A stretch of 64,000 nt of DNA from an uncultured Gemmatimonadaceae bacterium (GTDB lineage Bacteria; Gemmatimonadota; Gemmatimonadetes; Gemmatimonadales; Gemmatimonadaceae), in assembly GCA_963751275.1 (NCBI GenBank), contig CAVVTZ010000007.1:576001-640000 (forward strand). The letters are read 5' to 3'. Position 1 is the first letter of the stretch. Each line of letters starts with the position of its first letter. The position numbers and the translations under genes are program-made. A model generated the notes under the pieces. That model was not told the origin of the DNA, made no database searches, and saw only the letters and a program-made list of their open reading frames with translations. Shown here one piece after another: positions 10,142 through 22,435 of the stretch.

Positions 10142-12672
10142 GTGGCGACCAAGAAGAAAGCCCCAGCCAAGAAGGTCGCGGCCGCGAAGAAGAAAGCGCC
10201 CGCGAAGAAGGTCGCGCCGGTGAAGAAGGCCGCGCCCGTGAAGAAGCCCATCGCCGCTCGGCCCTCGGCCATCGTCACGGCGAAGAGGCCGTCGAAGGTG
10301 GCGGAAGCCGTCGCCGCGCCGGCGAAGAAGGGCAAGAAGGCGGGCCCGATGGCCGAGAGCCGGGAGCCGACGTCCGACGTCGACTTCTCGACCTACCAGA
10401 ACAAGCGATTGGTCATCGTCGAGTCGCCCGCCAAGGCGAAGACCATCGGGAAATACCTCGGCAACGACTACCGCGTGCGCGCCACCGTCGGCCACGTGCG
10501 CGATCTGCCCGAGAAGGGGCTCGGCATCGACATCGAGAACGGCTTCACGCCCAAGTACGTCCCCGTCCCCGGCAAGGAGAAGGTGCTCGACGAGCTGAAG
10601 GGCGCCGCGAAGGTCGCGTCGCACATCTACCTCGCCACCGACCCCGACCGCGAGGGCGAGGCGATCGCCTGGCACGTCGCCGAATCCATCAAGCAGACGA
10701 ACGGCGCGCCGGTGCAGCGCGTGCTCTTCCACGAGATCACGAAGGAAGCGGTGCAGCAGGCGATCAAGAAGGCCGGCAAGATCGACGACAAGAAGGTGAA
10801 CGCGCAGCAGGCGCGCCGCGTGCTCGACCGGCTCGTGGGCTACAAGGCCAGCCCGCTGCTCTGGAAGACCGTCAAGAAAGGATTGTCGGCCGGCCGCGTG
10901 CAGACCGTCGCGCTGCGGCTCATCGTCGAGCGCGAGCGCGAGATCCGCGCCTTCAAGCCGGTGGAATACTGGACCGTGGATGCGCTGCTCGAGAAGAACG
11001 GGCAGAAGTTCACCGCCAAGCTCCACCAGCTCGATGGCAAGAAGCCCGAGATCCACGACGGGGCCACCGCCAACGCGATCCTCACCGACCTCAAAGGGCG
11101 CAAGCACTTCCAGGTCACCGAGGTCCGCAAGCGCGAGCGTCGCAAGAATCCGTCGGCGCCCTTCACCACGAGCACGCTGCAGCAGGAAGGCGCGAAGAAG
11201 CTCAGCTTCGGCTCGCGGAAGACGATGCGCGTCGCGCAGGATCTCTACGAAGGCATCGAGCTGGGCAAGGAAGAAGGGCAGGTGGGTCTCATCACCTACA
11301 TGCGCACCGACTCCACGCGCGTGTCCCCCGCGGCGGCCGACCAGGCGCGCACCTTCCTCGCCGCGCAGTACGGCCAGGACTCGCTTGCCGCCGGCCCACA
11401 GCTGTTCGGCAAAGCCGACGCCAACACGCAGGACGCGCACGAAGCCGTGCGTCCCACCGATCCCGCGCGCCGGCCCGAGGACGTCAAGAAATTCCTCTCG
11501 CCCGAACAGTTCAAGCTCTATGAGCTGATCTGGAAGCGGTTCATGGCGTCGCAGATGGCGCCCGCCGTGTTCGACACTACCACAGTAGACTTCGACCTCA
11601 CTCGCTATCTGTTCCGCTCCACCGGCAGCGTCATCAAGTTCGAAGGCTTCCTTGCGCTCTACCGCGAGGCGCACGAGGAAGGGGAGGGACGCGCGCTCGA
11701 GGACGAGCAGGCGCTCCCGGTGCTCGAGGTGAAGGAGAACGTGCCGGTGCGCGAGATCACGCCGCACCAGCACTTCACCGAGCCGCCGCCGCGCTTCTCC
11801 GAGGCGAGTCTCGTGAAGGAGCTCGAACGGCTCGGCATCGGGCGGCCGTCCACCTACGCGAGCATCATCTCGGTGCTCGCCGACCGCCGCTACGTGCTGC
11901 TCGAACAGCGCCGCTTCTCCCCCACGCCGCTCGGCGAGACGGTGGAGAAGATCATGGTGCACCAGTTCCCCGACGTCTTCAACGTGGGGTTCACGTCGGA
12001 GATGGAGCAGGAGCTCGACAAGATCGAGGAAGGGCACCTGGGCTGGCAGCGCGTGCTCAAGGATTTCTGACGGCCCGTTCGCGATGTCGCTCGACAAGGC
12101 GACGTCGACCGACTCATCGCCGCGGCGCACGACCTCCAAGCAATTCGAGAACGAGCGCTGTCCGAAGTGCGGCGGCAAGCTCGTGGCCAAGGGCGGCATC
12201 TTCGGACCGTTCGTGGCGTGCGAGAACCGGCCGGCCACGTGCGATTACACGCGGCCGCTCGGCCGCGACCGCAAGCCCGGCGGAGACCGACGAGACTACG
12301 TGTGCCAGCTCTGCGGCAACGTCATGGTCATGCGCTCCGGGCGCTCCGGCGAATTCCTCGGCTGCAGCAAGTTCCCGAAGTGCCGCGGCACGCGCGCGCT
12401 GCCCGATCGGCGTGATGTGCCCGAAGGACGGCGGCGATCTGATCGCAGCGCCGCTCGAAGAAGGGCGGCCGCCCGTTCTACGGATGCGAGAACTATCCCA
12501 AGTGCGATTTCATTGCTGGAACAAGCCCGTGCTCGAGAAGTGCCCCGACTGCGGCAACATGGGCGCCGAGGTGAAGTCCACGAAGACGCGCGGCGAGTAC
12601 CGCAAGTGCCTCAAGTGCGGCAACGAGTGGGACGTCGCGGGTGAACCGGAGCCCGCCGCCGCCGCGAGCTAG
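10142..12672 (+). CDS. topA: DNA topoisomerase I (frameshifts in the Zn-ribbon region)
   Basis: LVIVESPAKAKTI, ATDPDREGEAI, SAGRVQ, LITYMRTDS, GIGRPSTYA; CxxC zinc ribbons at 12150-12630. Confidence 0.96.
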
Positions 12673-12680
12673 CGGCAGCT

Positions 12681-14063
12681 GTGGCAGGTAGCGCCAGTCG
12701 CCAGTCGACAGTCGACGTCCGTAGTGACGCGGTTCACGTAGTCGGCGGCGGCTTGGCCGGCTCCGAAGCATCCTGGCAACTTGCTGAGCGCGGGGTGAAG
12801 GTCGTTCTCCACGAGATGCGCCCCGCCGTCACCACCGAGGCGCACAAGACCGACCGCCTCGCCGAGCTCGTCTGCTCCAACACGTTCAAGAGCACCGAGA
12901 CCACGAACGCGCACGGCTTGCTCAAAGCCGAGATGCGCCGCCTGGGCTCTCTCATCCTCTGGGCCGCCGACCAGGCGCGCGTTCCCGGCGGCAGCGCGCT
13001 CGCGGTGGATCGCGAGATCTTCTCGCGGGCGGTGCACGACCGCATCGCCGCGCACTCGAACATCACGATCGAGCGCGGCGAAGTGACGGAGATCCGCTCG
13101 CCCGGCATCATCGCGACGGGCCCGCTCACCTCCGACGCGTTGGCCGACAAGATCCGCGCCCGCCTCGGCATCACGGCGCTCGCCTTCTACGATGCGATCG
13201 CGCCCGTGATCGCGCGCGATTCGATCGACGACGCGATCGTCTTCCGCGCCTCGCGCTACGGCAAGGAGACGATGGACGGCGCCGGCGACGAAGGCGCGTA
13301 CCTGAATTGCCCGATGTCGCGCGAACAGTACGAAGGCTTCCTCGACGCGCTGCTCGCCGCCGACAAGTACCAGGGCCACCAATTCGACGAGGTGCCGTAC
13401 TTCGAGGGCTGCATGCCGGTGGAGGAGATGGCATCGCGCGGCCGCGAGACGCTGCGCTTCGGCCCGCTCAAGCCCGTTGGCCTTCGCGATCCGCGCACCG
13501 GCAAGGATGCTTGCGCCGTGGTGCAGCTCCGCCAGGAGGACCGCGCCGGCCGCATGTGGAACCTCGTCGGCTTCCAGACGCGGCTCCGCACCGGCGAGCA
13601 GCAGCGCGTCTTCCGGATGATCCCCGGCCTCGCCAATGCGGAATTCCTGCGCTTCGGCTCCATCCACCGGAACTCCTACGTGAACACGCCGGCCGCGCTC
13701 ACGCCGGCGCTCACGCTGCGCGATGACCCGTGCGTCTTCCTCGCCGGACAGATCAGCGGCGTCGAGGGCTACACCGAGAGCAGCGCCACCGGACTCGTCG
13801 CCGGCATCAACCTCGCGCGCCGCCTCGCCGGTCTCGAGCCCGTGCTCCCGCCGCCCACGACGATGCTCGGCGCCCTCTACCGCTACCTGCGCGAGGCCGA
13901 CCCATTGCACTTCCAGCCGATGAACGCCAACTTCGGTCTCGTGGACGACCTCGAGCACCCTGAGCGCGACAAGCGGCGCAAGAAGGAATTGATGGCCGCG
14001 CGAGCTCTCGCGCACATCGAGTCGTGGATGGAAGCGAACGACTTGCACCCGGTCGCCGCATGA
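12681..14063 (+). CDS. trmFO: Folate/FAD-dependent tRNA (uracil-54) methyltransferase TrmFO
   Basis: VVGGGLAGSEA, AELVCSN, YFEGCMPVEE, GQISGVEGY, FQPMNANFG. Confidence 0.95.
   Translation: MAGSASRQSTVDVRSDAVHVVGGGLAGSEASWQLAERGVKVVLHEMRPAVTTEAHKTDRLAELVCSNTFKSTETTNAHGLLKAEMRRLGSLILWAADQARVPGGSALAVDREIFSRAVHDRIAAHSNITIERGEVTEIRSPGIIATGPLTSDALADKIRARLGITALAFYDAIAPVIARDSIDDAIVFRASRYGKETMDGAGDEGAYLNCPMSREQYEGFLDALLAADKYQGHQFDEVPYFEGCMPVEEMASRGRETLRFGPLKPVGLRDPRTGKDACAVVQLRQEDRAGRMWNLVGFQTRLRTGEQQRVFRMIPGLANAEFLRFGSIHRNSYVNTPAALTPALTLRDDPCVFLAGQISGVEGYTESSATGLVAGINLARRLAGLEPVLPPPTTMLGALYRYLREADPLHFQPMNANFGLVDDLEHPERDKRRKKELMAARALAHIESWMEANDLHPVAA
12694..12725. repeat. Heptamer (C/A)CAGTCG tandem array inside the trmFO 5' end
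   Basis: ccagtcg ccagtcg acagtcg acgtccgtagt; 24 bp identical to 14108-14131. Confidence 0.85.
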
Positions 14064-15040
14064 GCGCGCGGCGCTCGAAGAAGGATGCCGTTGCCGGCGA
14101 CAGTCGACAGTCGACAGTCGACGTCCGTAGTCCGGTCCTGGATTATCTGACGTACCTGGAAAAGGAACGTCAGGACTCCGCCCACACGGTGAAAGCGTAT
14201 ACGAGAGACCTCGAGGAATTCGTCGCCTTTCTCGGCAACTACTACGGCGCCGAGCCGTGGTCCTTCGAGGGACTCGACCGCCTCGCCATCCGCGGCTATC
14301 TCGGCCACCTCACCCGCCGCGGACTCGGTAAGCGCTCCATCGCGCGTTCGCTCTCGGCCGTGCGTTCGTTCTACAAGTGGATGCACCACGCCGAGCGCGT
14401 CGAGTCCAACCCCGCGCGCGGCGTCGCGAGCCCCAAGCAGGACAAGTATCTCCCGGCCTATCTCGACCGCGCGCAGATCGATCTCCTTTTCGAATCCGCG
14501 CAACTGCGCGCGCAGGACGGACGCTTCGAGAGCGCACGCGATCTCGCGATCCTCGAGCTGTTCTACTCGACGGGCATGCGTCTCTCGGAGCTCGCGGGCA
14601 TCAACCGCGCCGATCTCGATCTCGTCGCGCAGGTGGTTAAGGTGCGCGGCAAGGGGCGCAAGGAGCGGATCGTCCCCGTGGGCGACCACGCCCAACTCGC
14701 GCTCCGCAATTACGAGGGCAAGCGCGAGGAACTCACCAAGCGCCTCGGCGCGCGCTCGGAGCGCTACGCCTATTTCCTCGCGCGCACCGGCCGCCGCATC
14801 GCGCCGCGCACCGTGCAGCAGTTGGTCTCCAAATTCCTGAACGCGATCGACGAAGACGCCGGCCTGTCCGTCCACTCGCTGCGCCACACGTTCGCGACGC
14901 ACTTGCTCGATGCCGGCGCCGACCTCCGTGCCGTCCAGGAATTGCTCGGCCACTCCTCGATCAGCACGACGCAGATCTACACGCACACCAGCGTGGAGCG
15001 CCTGAAAGAGGTGTACAAGAAGTCTCACCCGAGAGCCTGA
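14060..15040 (+). CDS. xerC: Tyrosine recombinase XerC
   Basis: YSTGMRLSEL, VRGKGRKERIVP, HSLRHTFATHLL, LLGHSSISTTQIYTH; in the topA-trmFO-xerC-hslVU synteny. Confidence 0.9.
   Translation: MSARRSKKDAVAGDSRQSTVDVRSPVLDYLTYLEKERQDSAHTVKAYTRDLEEFVAFLGNYYGAEPWSFEGLDRLAIRGYLGHLTRRGLGKRSIARSLSAVRSFYKWMHHAERVESNPARGVASPKQDKYLPAYLDRAQIDLLFESAQLRAQDGRFESARDLAILELFYSTGMRLSELAGINRADLDLVAQVVKVRGKGRKERIVPVGDHAQLALRNYEGKREELTKRLGARSERYAYFLARTGRRIAPRTVQQLVSKFLNAIDEDAGLSVHSLRHTFATHLLDAGADLRAVQELLGHSSISTTQIYTHTSVERLKEVYKKSHPRA
14100..14131. repeat. Heptamer ACAGTCG x3 array inside the xerC 5' end
   Basis: acagtcg acagtcg acagtcg acgtccgtagt. Confidence 0.85.
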
Positions 15041-15042
15041 TA

Positions 15043-15158
15043 CAACGGCAACGGCTTTTGACAGGATTCACATGATGGACATGATGCAGCACTGCGGTCG
15101 GGACCGCAGTGTTGCATCATGTCCATCATGTGAATCCTGTCAAAAGCCGTTGCCGTTG
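15043..15158. repeat. 116-bp near-perfect palindrome (REP/REPIN-like, 9-mer units)
   Basis: 57-bp arms with a single G.T mismatch and a 2-nt loop; arms contain ACAGGATTC-ACATGATGG-ACATGATGC. Confidence 0.92.
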
Positions 15159-15196
15159 CCGAGCGCCGACCCCCGCGATGACGTTATCTTGAGCGC

Positions 15197-15731
15197 ATGG
15201 AACGCCCTCACGCGACAACCATCCTCGCCGCGCGACGCGATGGCAAAGTCGCCATCGCCGGCGATGGCCAGGTCACCGTCGGCGACACGGTGATGAAGGC
15301 CAACGCGCAGAAGGTGCGCGCGCTGCGCGGCGGCAAGGTGCTCGCCGGGTTTCGCCGGCGCCGCGGCCGATGCGTTCACGCTCTTCGAGAAGTTCGAGGA
15401 GAAGCTCGAGCGCTACCCCGAGAATCTCCCGCGCGCCTCGGTGGAGCTCGCGAAGGACTGGCGCAGCGACCGCGTGCTCCGCCGCCTCGAAGCGCTGCTC
15501 GCCGTGGTGGACAGGCAGCATGGCTTCGTGATCTCCGGCACCGGCGACATCATCGAACCCGACGATGGCATTCTCGCGATCGGGTCCGGCGGTCCCTACG
15601 CCCTCGCCGCCGCGCGCGCTCTCATGGCGAACTCCCAGCTCGCCGCCCCCGAGCTCGTGCGCTCCGCGCTCGAGATCGCCGCCGACATCTGCATCTACAC
15701 CAACCGGAACATCACGGTGCTCGAGCTCTGA
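15197..15731 (+). CDS. hslV: ATP-dependent protease peptidase subunit HslV (frameshift near 15350)
   Basis: [26 protein letters not shown]. Confidence 0.95.
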
Positions 15732-15756
15732 GCTCGGCGCGTCGATGAGAGACTGA

Positions 15757-17223
15757 ATGCCGTCCAAACGCACCCAGCAGGCCATCGCGCGTCTCGCGGA
15801 TCTGACGCCGCGCCAGATCGTCGCCGAACTCGACCGCTACATCGTGGGACAGAGCGACGCGAAGAAGGCCGTCGCCATCGCGCTCCGCAACCGCTGGCGC
15901 CGCCAGCAGGCGCCCGACGCGATCCGCGAAGAGATCGCGCCGAACAACATCATCCTCATCGGCCCCACCGGCGTCGGCAAGACCGAGATCGCGCGCCGCC
16001 TCGCGAAACTCTCGAGCGCGCCCTTCATCAAGGTGGAGGCCTCCAAGTTCACCGAGGTCGGCTATGTCGGCCGCGACGTGGAATCGATGGTGCGCGATCT
16101 CGTCGAGAGCGCCATCGACATGGTGCGCACCGAGCGCGAGAACGAAGTGGAGGATCTCGCCTACGAGCGCACCGACGAGCGCATCCTCGACCTGCTCCTG
16201 CCCAAGCCCGTCGAGAACGCGCCGCCTGAGAACGCGCCTTCCGCCGGCGACCGCCCCGCCACCGGGCCCGCGCTCTTCGTCGTGTCTTCGAGCGGCACGG
16301 TGAACAAGGAGAACGCCCCCGATCCCGCCGCTGAACGCCACCACCGCACGCGCGAGAAGCTCCGCCAACTTCTGGTGGACGGCCAGCTCGAGGAGCGCGA
16401 GGTGGAAGTCGAGATCACCCAGCCGTCGGGGCCAATGGTCGAGATGCTCGTGCCGCAGGGCGCACCGGAAGGGATGGGCAACTTCGGCGAGATGCTGCAG
16501 GAGATGATGCCCAAGCGCACGAAGAAGCGCACGGTGAAGGTCGCCGAGGCGCGCCGCATTCTGATGGACCAGGAACTCGAGAAGCTGATCGACGCCGAGG
16601 ACGTCACCACCGACGCGCTCGAACGCGTGGAGAAGATGGGGATCATCTTCCTCGACGAGATCGACAAGATCGCCGGCGAGCGCGCCGCGACCGGCGGACC
16701 CGACGTCTCGCGCGAAGGCGTGCAGCGTGATCTCCTGCCGATCGTCGAAGGCTCCAACGTGCAAACGAAGTACGGCATGGTGAAGACCGACCACGTGCTC
16801 TTCATCGCCGCCGGCGCCTTCCACGTGTCGAAGCCCAGCGACCTGATCCCCGAACTCCAGGGACGCTTCCCCATTCGCGTGGAACTCACGCACCTCACCG
16901 AGGGGGATTTCGTCCGCATCATGACCGAGCCCGAGAACGCGCTCACGCGCCAGTACGCCGCGCTCGTGGAGAGCGAGGGCGCGAAGCTCGCGTTCACCCC
17001 CGACGGGATCGCCGAGGTCGCGCGCATCGCCGCGCAGGTGAACGACCGCATGGAGAACATCGGCGCGCGCCGGCTGCACACCGTGATGTCCACGCTGCTC
17101 GAGGATGTGCTCTACGAGCTCCCCGACCGCGGCAAGGACCCGATCACCGTGAACGCCGCCATGGTCCGCGACCGGCTGAAGCGCATCTCCGAGGACGAAG
17201 ACCTGCGCAAGTACATCCTCTAG
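15757..17223 (+). CDS. hslU: ATP-dependent protease ATPase subunit HslU
   Basis: [53 protein letters not shown]. Confidence 0.97.
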   Translation: MPSKRTQQAIARLADLTPRQIVAELDRYIVGQSDAKKAVAIALRNRWRRQQAPDAIREEIAPNNIILIGPTGVGKTEIARRLAKLSSAPFIKVEASKFTEVGYVGRDVESMVRDLVESAIDMVRTERENEVEDLAYERTDERILDLLLPKPVENAPPENAPSAGDRPATGPALFVVSSSGTVNKENAPDPAAERHHRTREKLRQLLVDGQLEEREVEVEITQPSGPMVEMLVPQGAPEGMGNFGEMLQEMMPKRTKKRTVKVAEARRILMDQELEKLIDAEDVTTDALERVEKMGIIFLDEIDKIAGERAATGGPDVSREGVQRDLLPIVEGSNVQTKYGMVKTDHVLFIAAGAFHVSKPSDLIPELQGRFPIRVELTHLTEGDFVRIMTEPENALTRQYAALVESEGAKLAFTPDGIAEVARIAAQVNDRMENIGARRLHTVMSTLLEDVLYELPDRGKDPITVNAAMVRDRLKRISEDEDLRKYIL

Positions 17224-17228
17224 CGACA

Positions 17229-17328
17229 GCGAACTGCCTTTGACAGGATGAACATGATGGACATGATGAACGGCGGTGAACCGCCGTTCATCATGTCCAT
17301 CATGTTCATCCTGTCAAAAGCAGTTCGC
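17229..17328. repeat. 100-bp near-perfect palindrome related to 15043-15158; probably a bidirectional terminator
   Basis: Arms share TTTGACAGGATnnACATGATGGACATGATG with the 15043 element; lies between convergent genes. Confidence 0.92.
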
Positions 17329-17381
17329 CGTGAGCCGACCCGACCGGGCCCTCAGTCGCGCGTCCCGATCCCGCCGAACTT

Positions 17382-17972
17382 CTAGAACCCGATCCCGACC
17401 ACGAGCGGCATGATGAACGAGGGTGCGTTCGTTCCATGGTAGAACGTGGTGTACATCACCTGCACCTCGCCGTACAGCCGCGCGACCCCGATGTTGAAGT
17501 TCATCCCGATGCCCCCGCCGGCACCGAGGCCGGTGGCCAGGTACTGCTGCCGCGACGCGGCCGTCACCGGATCGCCGAGCGCCGCGGAAGACACCGCGAA
17601 TCTCGACTGGTAGAGACCCACCGTCGCGACGAGATACGGCGCTTGATCGGCATCGAACACATTGAATCGCGCGCCCACGCTCGTGCCCACGAGTTGATTC
17701 GTGGCGGTGGTCGCCGGGCAGATCGCCAAGCAGCCGCCGGGCACCGGTACGCCGTAGCTGCCCGTTCCGTAATACTGCACCAGATACCGGATCTGGAAGC
17801 GGTCGTCCGGCAGGTTGAACGCGACGCCGGCCTGCGCGCCGAACATCATCGGTCCCTGTCCCACCAATCCGCTGGCCGACGCCACGCCCTGCAGGCCCGT
17901 GTCCGTCTGCGCCGCCGCTCCGCCCGCCGCCAGCAACGCCGCCATCGCCGCGAACCCACGCAAGAATCTCAT
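17382..17972 (-). CDS. Predicted small outer-membrane beta-barrel protein
   Basis: Signal peptide (AAAQ), amphipathic strands, [12 protein letters not shown]-terminal VVGIGF. Confidence 0.7.
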   Translation of the reverse strand: MRFLRGFAAMAALLAAGGAAAQTDTGLQGVASASGLVGQGPMMFGAQAGVAFNLPDDRFQIRYLVQYYGTGSYGVPVPGGCLAICPATTATNQLVGTSVGARFNVFDADQAPYLVATVGLYQSRFAVSSAALGDPVTAASRQQYLATGLGAGGGIGMNFNIGVARLYGEVQVMYTTFYHGTNAPSFIMPLVVGIGF

Positions 17973-18082
17973 GGTGCCCTCCCCGAAGACTGACACCCGC
18001 TCACCTATCGATGCTCCATACCCCCGCCGAACGCAATAGCTCCGCTGGCGCCCCCACTGAGCCCGCCGCTAACTTCCGCCCC

Positions 18083-19022
<940 letters not shown>

Positions 19023-19048
<26 letters not shown>

Positions 19049-19853
19049 CCGGCGGCGCCGGCGAGGCGCCCGGCGCGTGCCCGGTCTGCGACAGCAATTC
19101 TCTGATCACATAGCCGGCGCCGCCGCGCGCGCGCACCTGATGTGGGGCGGCGTGCACGTAGCGCTGGCAGGCGTTCCGGAAGGCGCTGCCCGAGGGATAG
19201 TCGAGGGCCAGCGCCACGCCGTCGGCGGTGCGCTCCGGATCCTCCAGCAATCTCGCCGCGACGATCAGCCGCCCCCACGCGATCAAGCGCTGCGACGTCG
19301 GGAATCCGGCGGATACCAGCCGTTCCGAGAGGAGCTTCCGGCGGAGCCCCAGCACCGCGGCCAGGTCGTCGGGTTTGAGCTGCTGGTGGGCGCGCGTCAC
19401 GCAGAGCAGCAGCGCATCGCGCACCGTTGGCTTCACATTGGTCAGCGCCGGACGGAGCAGTTCGATCGCGCCGCGCGCCTCGGCCTGGTCGATGATGGCG
19501 CGCAGCCGGCGCGGATCATCGTCCTGGTCGGCGAGCACGAGGCCTTCCATGCCGAAGCGTCCCGCTTCGAACAGGTCGTGCGCGCCGGCGGTGGAAGGCG
19601 AGGTATACAGCACCACCGTGACGCTCGGGAACCGCCGGCGGAGCCGGCGCAGGGCGTCGAAGGAGGCCGTCGTGTCCGTGCCGGGCGCGTCGGGATAGAG
19701 ATCGACGAGCGCCACCGTGACCGCCTTGCGGGCGCATGCGGTGAGCAACTCGTCCCACGAGTCGCAGGACACGAGCCCATGCCGGTCGCGCAGCGCGGCG
19801 CGCACCCGCTCGCGTCTGATCGGGGCGGGCAGGAGCGTGGCGACAAGTCCCAT
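19023..19853 (-). CDS. AraC-like HTH regulator with degenerate receiver-like N-terminus
   Basis: C-terminal [33 protein letters not shown]-terminal beta/alpha fold with VALVD. Confidence 0.7.
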
Positions 19854-20097
19854 GGGGTCCTCGGTTTCGTGCGTCGGCCTGCGGCGTGACAGTGGGCACA
19901 GTGGATGCGTCCCTGACAAAGGGAAGATGACTGGCGCCTCATACTGGTCACGATTGCCATGCTGATTGCCGGCGCAAATCACCCTGGCAATGACTCTCGA
20001 GATAGGTTATGCAATAATGTTGCGACAGTGCAATTCATTGCATATGGTTTGGCGCTGTTGGTAATTATAACTCCTTTTAATGCAAACAGTTACGTCG

Positions 20098-20113
20098 CGG
20101 CATGGTAACTGCT
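20098..20113 (+). promoter_or_regulatory. Sigma54 (-24/-12) promoter for the minor-pilin cluster
   Basis: CGGCATGGTAACTGCT has GG-N10-GC spacing; AT-rich upstream region with an IHF-like CAA-N4-TTA and palindrome TGCAAT-TC-ATTGCA (20029-20042). Confidence 0.65.
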
Positions 20114-20255
20114 TATATCATTGGTGTCTCCCGTCACATGTGGCTGGATGGGTGTGCGATGGGGACGTGCGACGGTCGGTAGTTCCGACCGCAAGATTTG
20201 GACAGGACGCGTGACCGCGCGGGAGGCTCAGCGCGGACGACCACCAGAGGAATCC

Positions 20256-20843
20256 GTGAACGCTCGTAGAATTGCGCTGCGCGTGACACCCGCGAACCGG
20301 ACCGGCTACACGGCGATCGAGCTGATCATCGTGCTGGTGATCATCGGCATCATCGCGGCGTTCGCCTATCCCCGCGTGAATTTCACGCAATTCCAAGTGG
20401 ACGCGGCCTCGCGCCAGATCCGCATGGTGCTGCAGAATGCGCAGCGCCTCGCGGTCACGCGCCAGTACAACGTGGTGGTCAGCTTCGACGCTGTGAACAA
20501 CAAGGTGCGCACGCTCGAGGACAACAACAGCGACAACTCGTACACCGCGGGCGAGCGCGTCACCTGGTCCACGCTCGAGGATTCCGTGCATTTCGCCATT
20601 CCGCCCGTGGGCGTGAACGGCGCGGTGTCCGGCTCGATCGTGGGTGCCTCGCTGACCACGGTGGACGGCCTGCCCAGCATCATCTTCCGCCGCGACGGCG
20701 CGGGCAGCAGCGATCTCGAACTCTACCTGACCTCGCGCCGGGCCTCCGCCAACGACTGGCGCGGGATCACGGTCATTCAGTCCACCGGACGCACCGACTG
20801 GTTCAAGTACATCGGAGCGGCCTGGAAGCCGGGGAACCTATGA
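20256..20843 (+). CDS. FimU/GspH-like minor pilin
   Basis: Prepilin motif RTG|YTAIELIIVLVIIGII; GTG start after GAGGA. Confidence 0.85.
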   Translation: MNARRIALRVTPANRTGYTAIELIIVLVIIGIIAAFAYPRVNFTQFQVDAASRQIRMVLQNAQRLAVTRQYNVVVSFDAVNNKVRTLEDNNSDNSYTAGERVTWSTLEDSVHFAIPPVGVNGAVSGSIVGASLTTVDGLPSIIFRRDGAGSSDLELYLTSRRASANDWRGITVIQSTGRTDWFKYIGAAWKPGNL

Positions 20844-21247
20844 ACTCGAACGTCTCGCAGAAGCCCGCCGCCCGCCGCCTTCGCCGCGGCATGACGCTCA
20901 TGGAAGTCATGGTGGCCATGGTGATCCTCACGGGCGCGCTGCTCGGCATGGGGCGCTTCATCACCAGCTTCCAGCATTCCACGAGCAACAACTCCTTGAG
21001 CTCGACCGCGACCGACCTGGTGGTCGACCGCCTGGAGACGATCAAGGCGAGCACGTCCTATGCGACCCTCACCGCCACGTATGCGGCGACCGAAGGCACG
21101 ATCGCGGGCTATCCGGGCTATACGCGCGTGACCCAGGTGCTCCGCACCAACGACGCGACCACCGACTACACCGCCGTCACGGTCACCGTATCGCATCCCA
21201 GTCTGAGCAAGCCGGTGAAGAAGACCACCATCATCGCCGCCTTCTGA
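20840..21247 (+). CDS. PilV-like minor pilin
   Basis: RRG|MTLMEVMVAMVIL. Confidence 0.85.
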   Translation: MNSNVSQKPAARRLRRGMTLMEVMVAMVILTGALLGMGRFITSFQHSTSNNSLSSTATDLVVDRLETIKASTSYATLTATYAATEGTIAGYPGYTRVTQVLRTNDATTDYTAVTVTVSHPSLSKPVKKTTIIAAF

Positions 21248-21258
21248 GGAATATCTCG

Positions 21259-22420
21259 ATGAATCCGCGCAGCCTCCTCTCCGCCCGCCGTGGTGTGACG
21301 CTCATCGAGCTGATGATCGCGCTCTTCCTGTTCGTCATGGTCTTCGGCCTCGCGGTGCCTTTCTTCCGCTTCCAGGCCCGCTCGGTGAGCACCAGCTCGG
21401 GCCGCCAGGACGCGCTCCAGAACGCGCGGTTCGCGCAGAACGCGATCGACCGCGACCTCCGCATCGCCGGCATCGGCATCGTTGCGGAGCAGCCGCTCAT
21501 CGTGCAGGCCGACCGGATGGCGATCACCTTCAATGCCGACCTCGCCACGACCGACTCATCGGACGCGAGCTCGATCTACTACGATCCGACGCTCGATTCG
21601 CTCTCGGTGACCAGCATGACCACCGCGGCCAAGCAGCAACTCGCGTACAGCGCCTGGAACTATCCCGACTCGAACTACTACGCGAACTCGATCCCGAGCC
21701 GCGCCGAGACGGTGCAGTATTGGGCATCGCTCGACAGCTCGTCGGGCCGCTCGGACCAGTACGTCATCTGGCGCCGGGTGAACACCCAGACGCCGCGTCT
21801 GGTCGCCAAGGACATCATCATTCCCGCCGGCCAGTTCCTGTTCAGCTACTACCGCGTCGACTCCGCCGGGAATCTCGACTCGGTCCCCTCGGCGCAATAT
21901 CCGCTCCTGCACTCCGCGCCGATCCACGGGTCCACCGTGGACACCGGCAAGAGCGCGTGGACGGATTCGCTCCGCGTGGTGCGCATCCACGCGTGGGGCC
22001 TGTTCAAGGATCCCAGCAAGGGCGACATCATCCGCAAGGTCGAGAGTTCCACCAAGCTGATCAACGCGGGCATGGTGCGCGCCACGATGTGCGGCGATGC
22101 GCCGCTGCCGGTGACCGGCCTGACCGCCACGGCGCTCCCGGTCGGCGGCCCGCCGTACAACAAGGTCCGCCTGCAGTGGAACGCTTCGGTGGACCAGGAC
22201 AACGGCGAGAAGGACGTCGAGCGGTACATGGTGTTCAAGAAACTTCAGACCGACTCTGATTGGGGCGAGCCCGTCGCGGACGTCGCGGCGAGCGGCGCCA
22301 CGTTCACGCTCGATGACACGTCGCTCTCGATCCGGCGTCTGGGTATGGGCGGTGGTCGCACAGGACTGCACGCCGGCCAACTCGACGCTCGTCCAAGCCG
22401 GCCCCATCACCCTTCCGTAG
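21259..22420 (+). CDS. PilW-like minor pilin with C-terminal FN3-like domain (frameshift near 22330)
   Basis: RRG|VTLIELMIAL; IDRDLRIAG; VRLQWNAS..YMVFKK; shifted tail WAVVAQDCTPANS..TLP*. Confidence 0.8.
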
Positions 22421-22435
22421 GAACAGGAACCGACC

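Noticed and set aside
14060..15040. Tyrosine recombinase as the integrase of a mobile element
   Set aside because: It sits in the housekeeping topA-trmFO-xerC-hslVU synteny with host-like codon usage.
15043..17328. Repeats as a CRISPR array
   Set aside because: They are inverted repeats without repeat-spacer alternation, and there are no cas genes.
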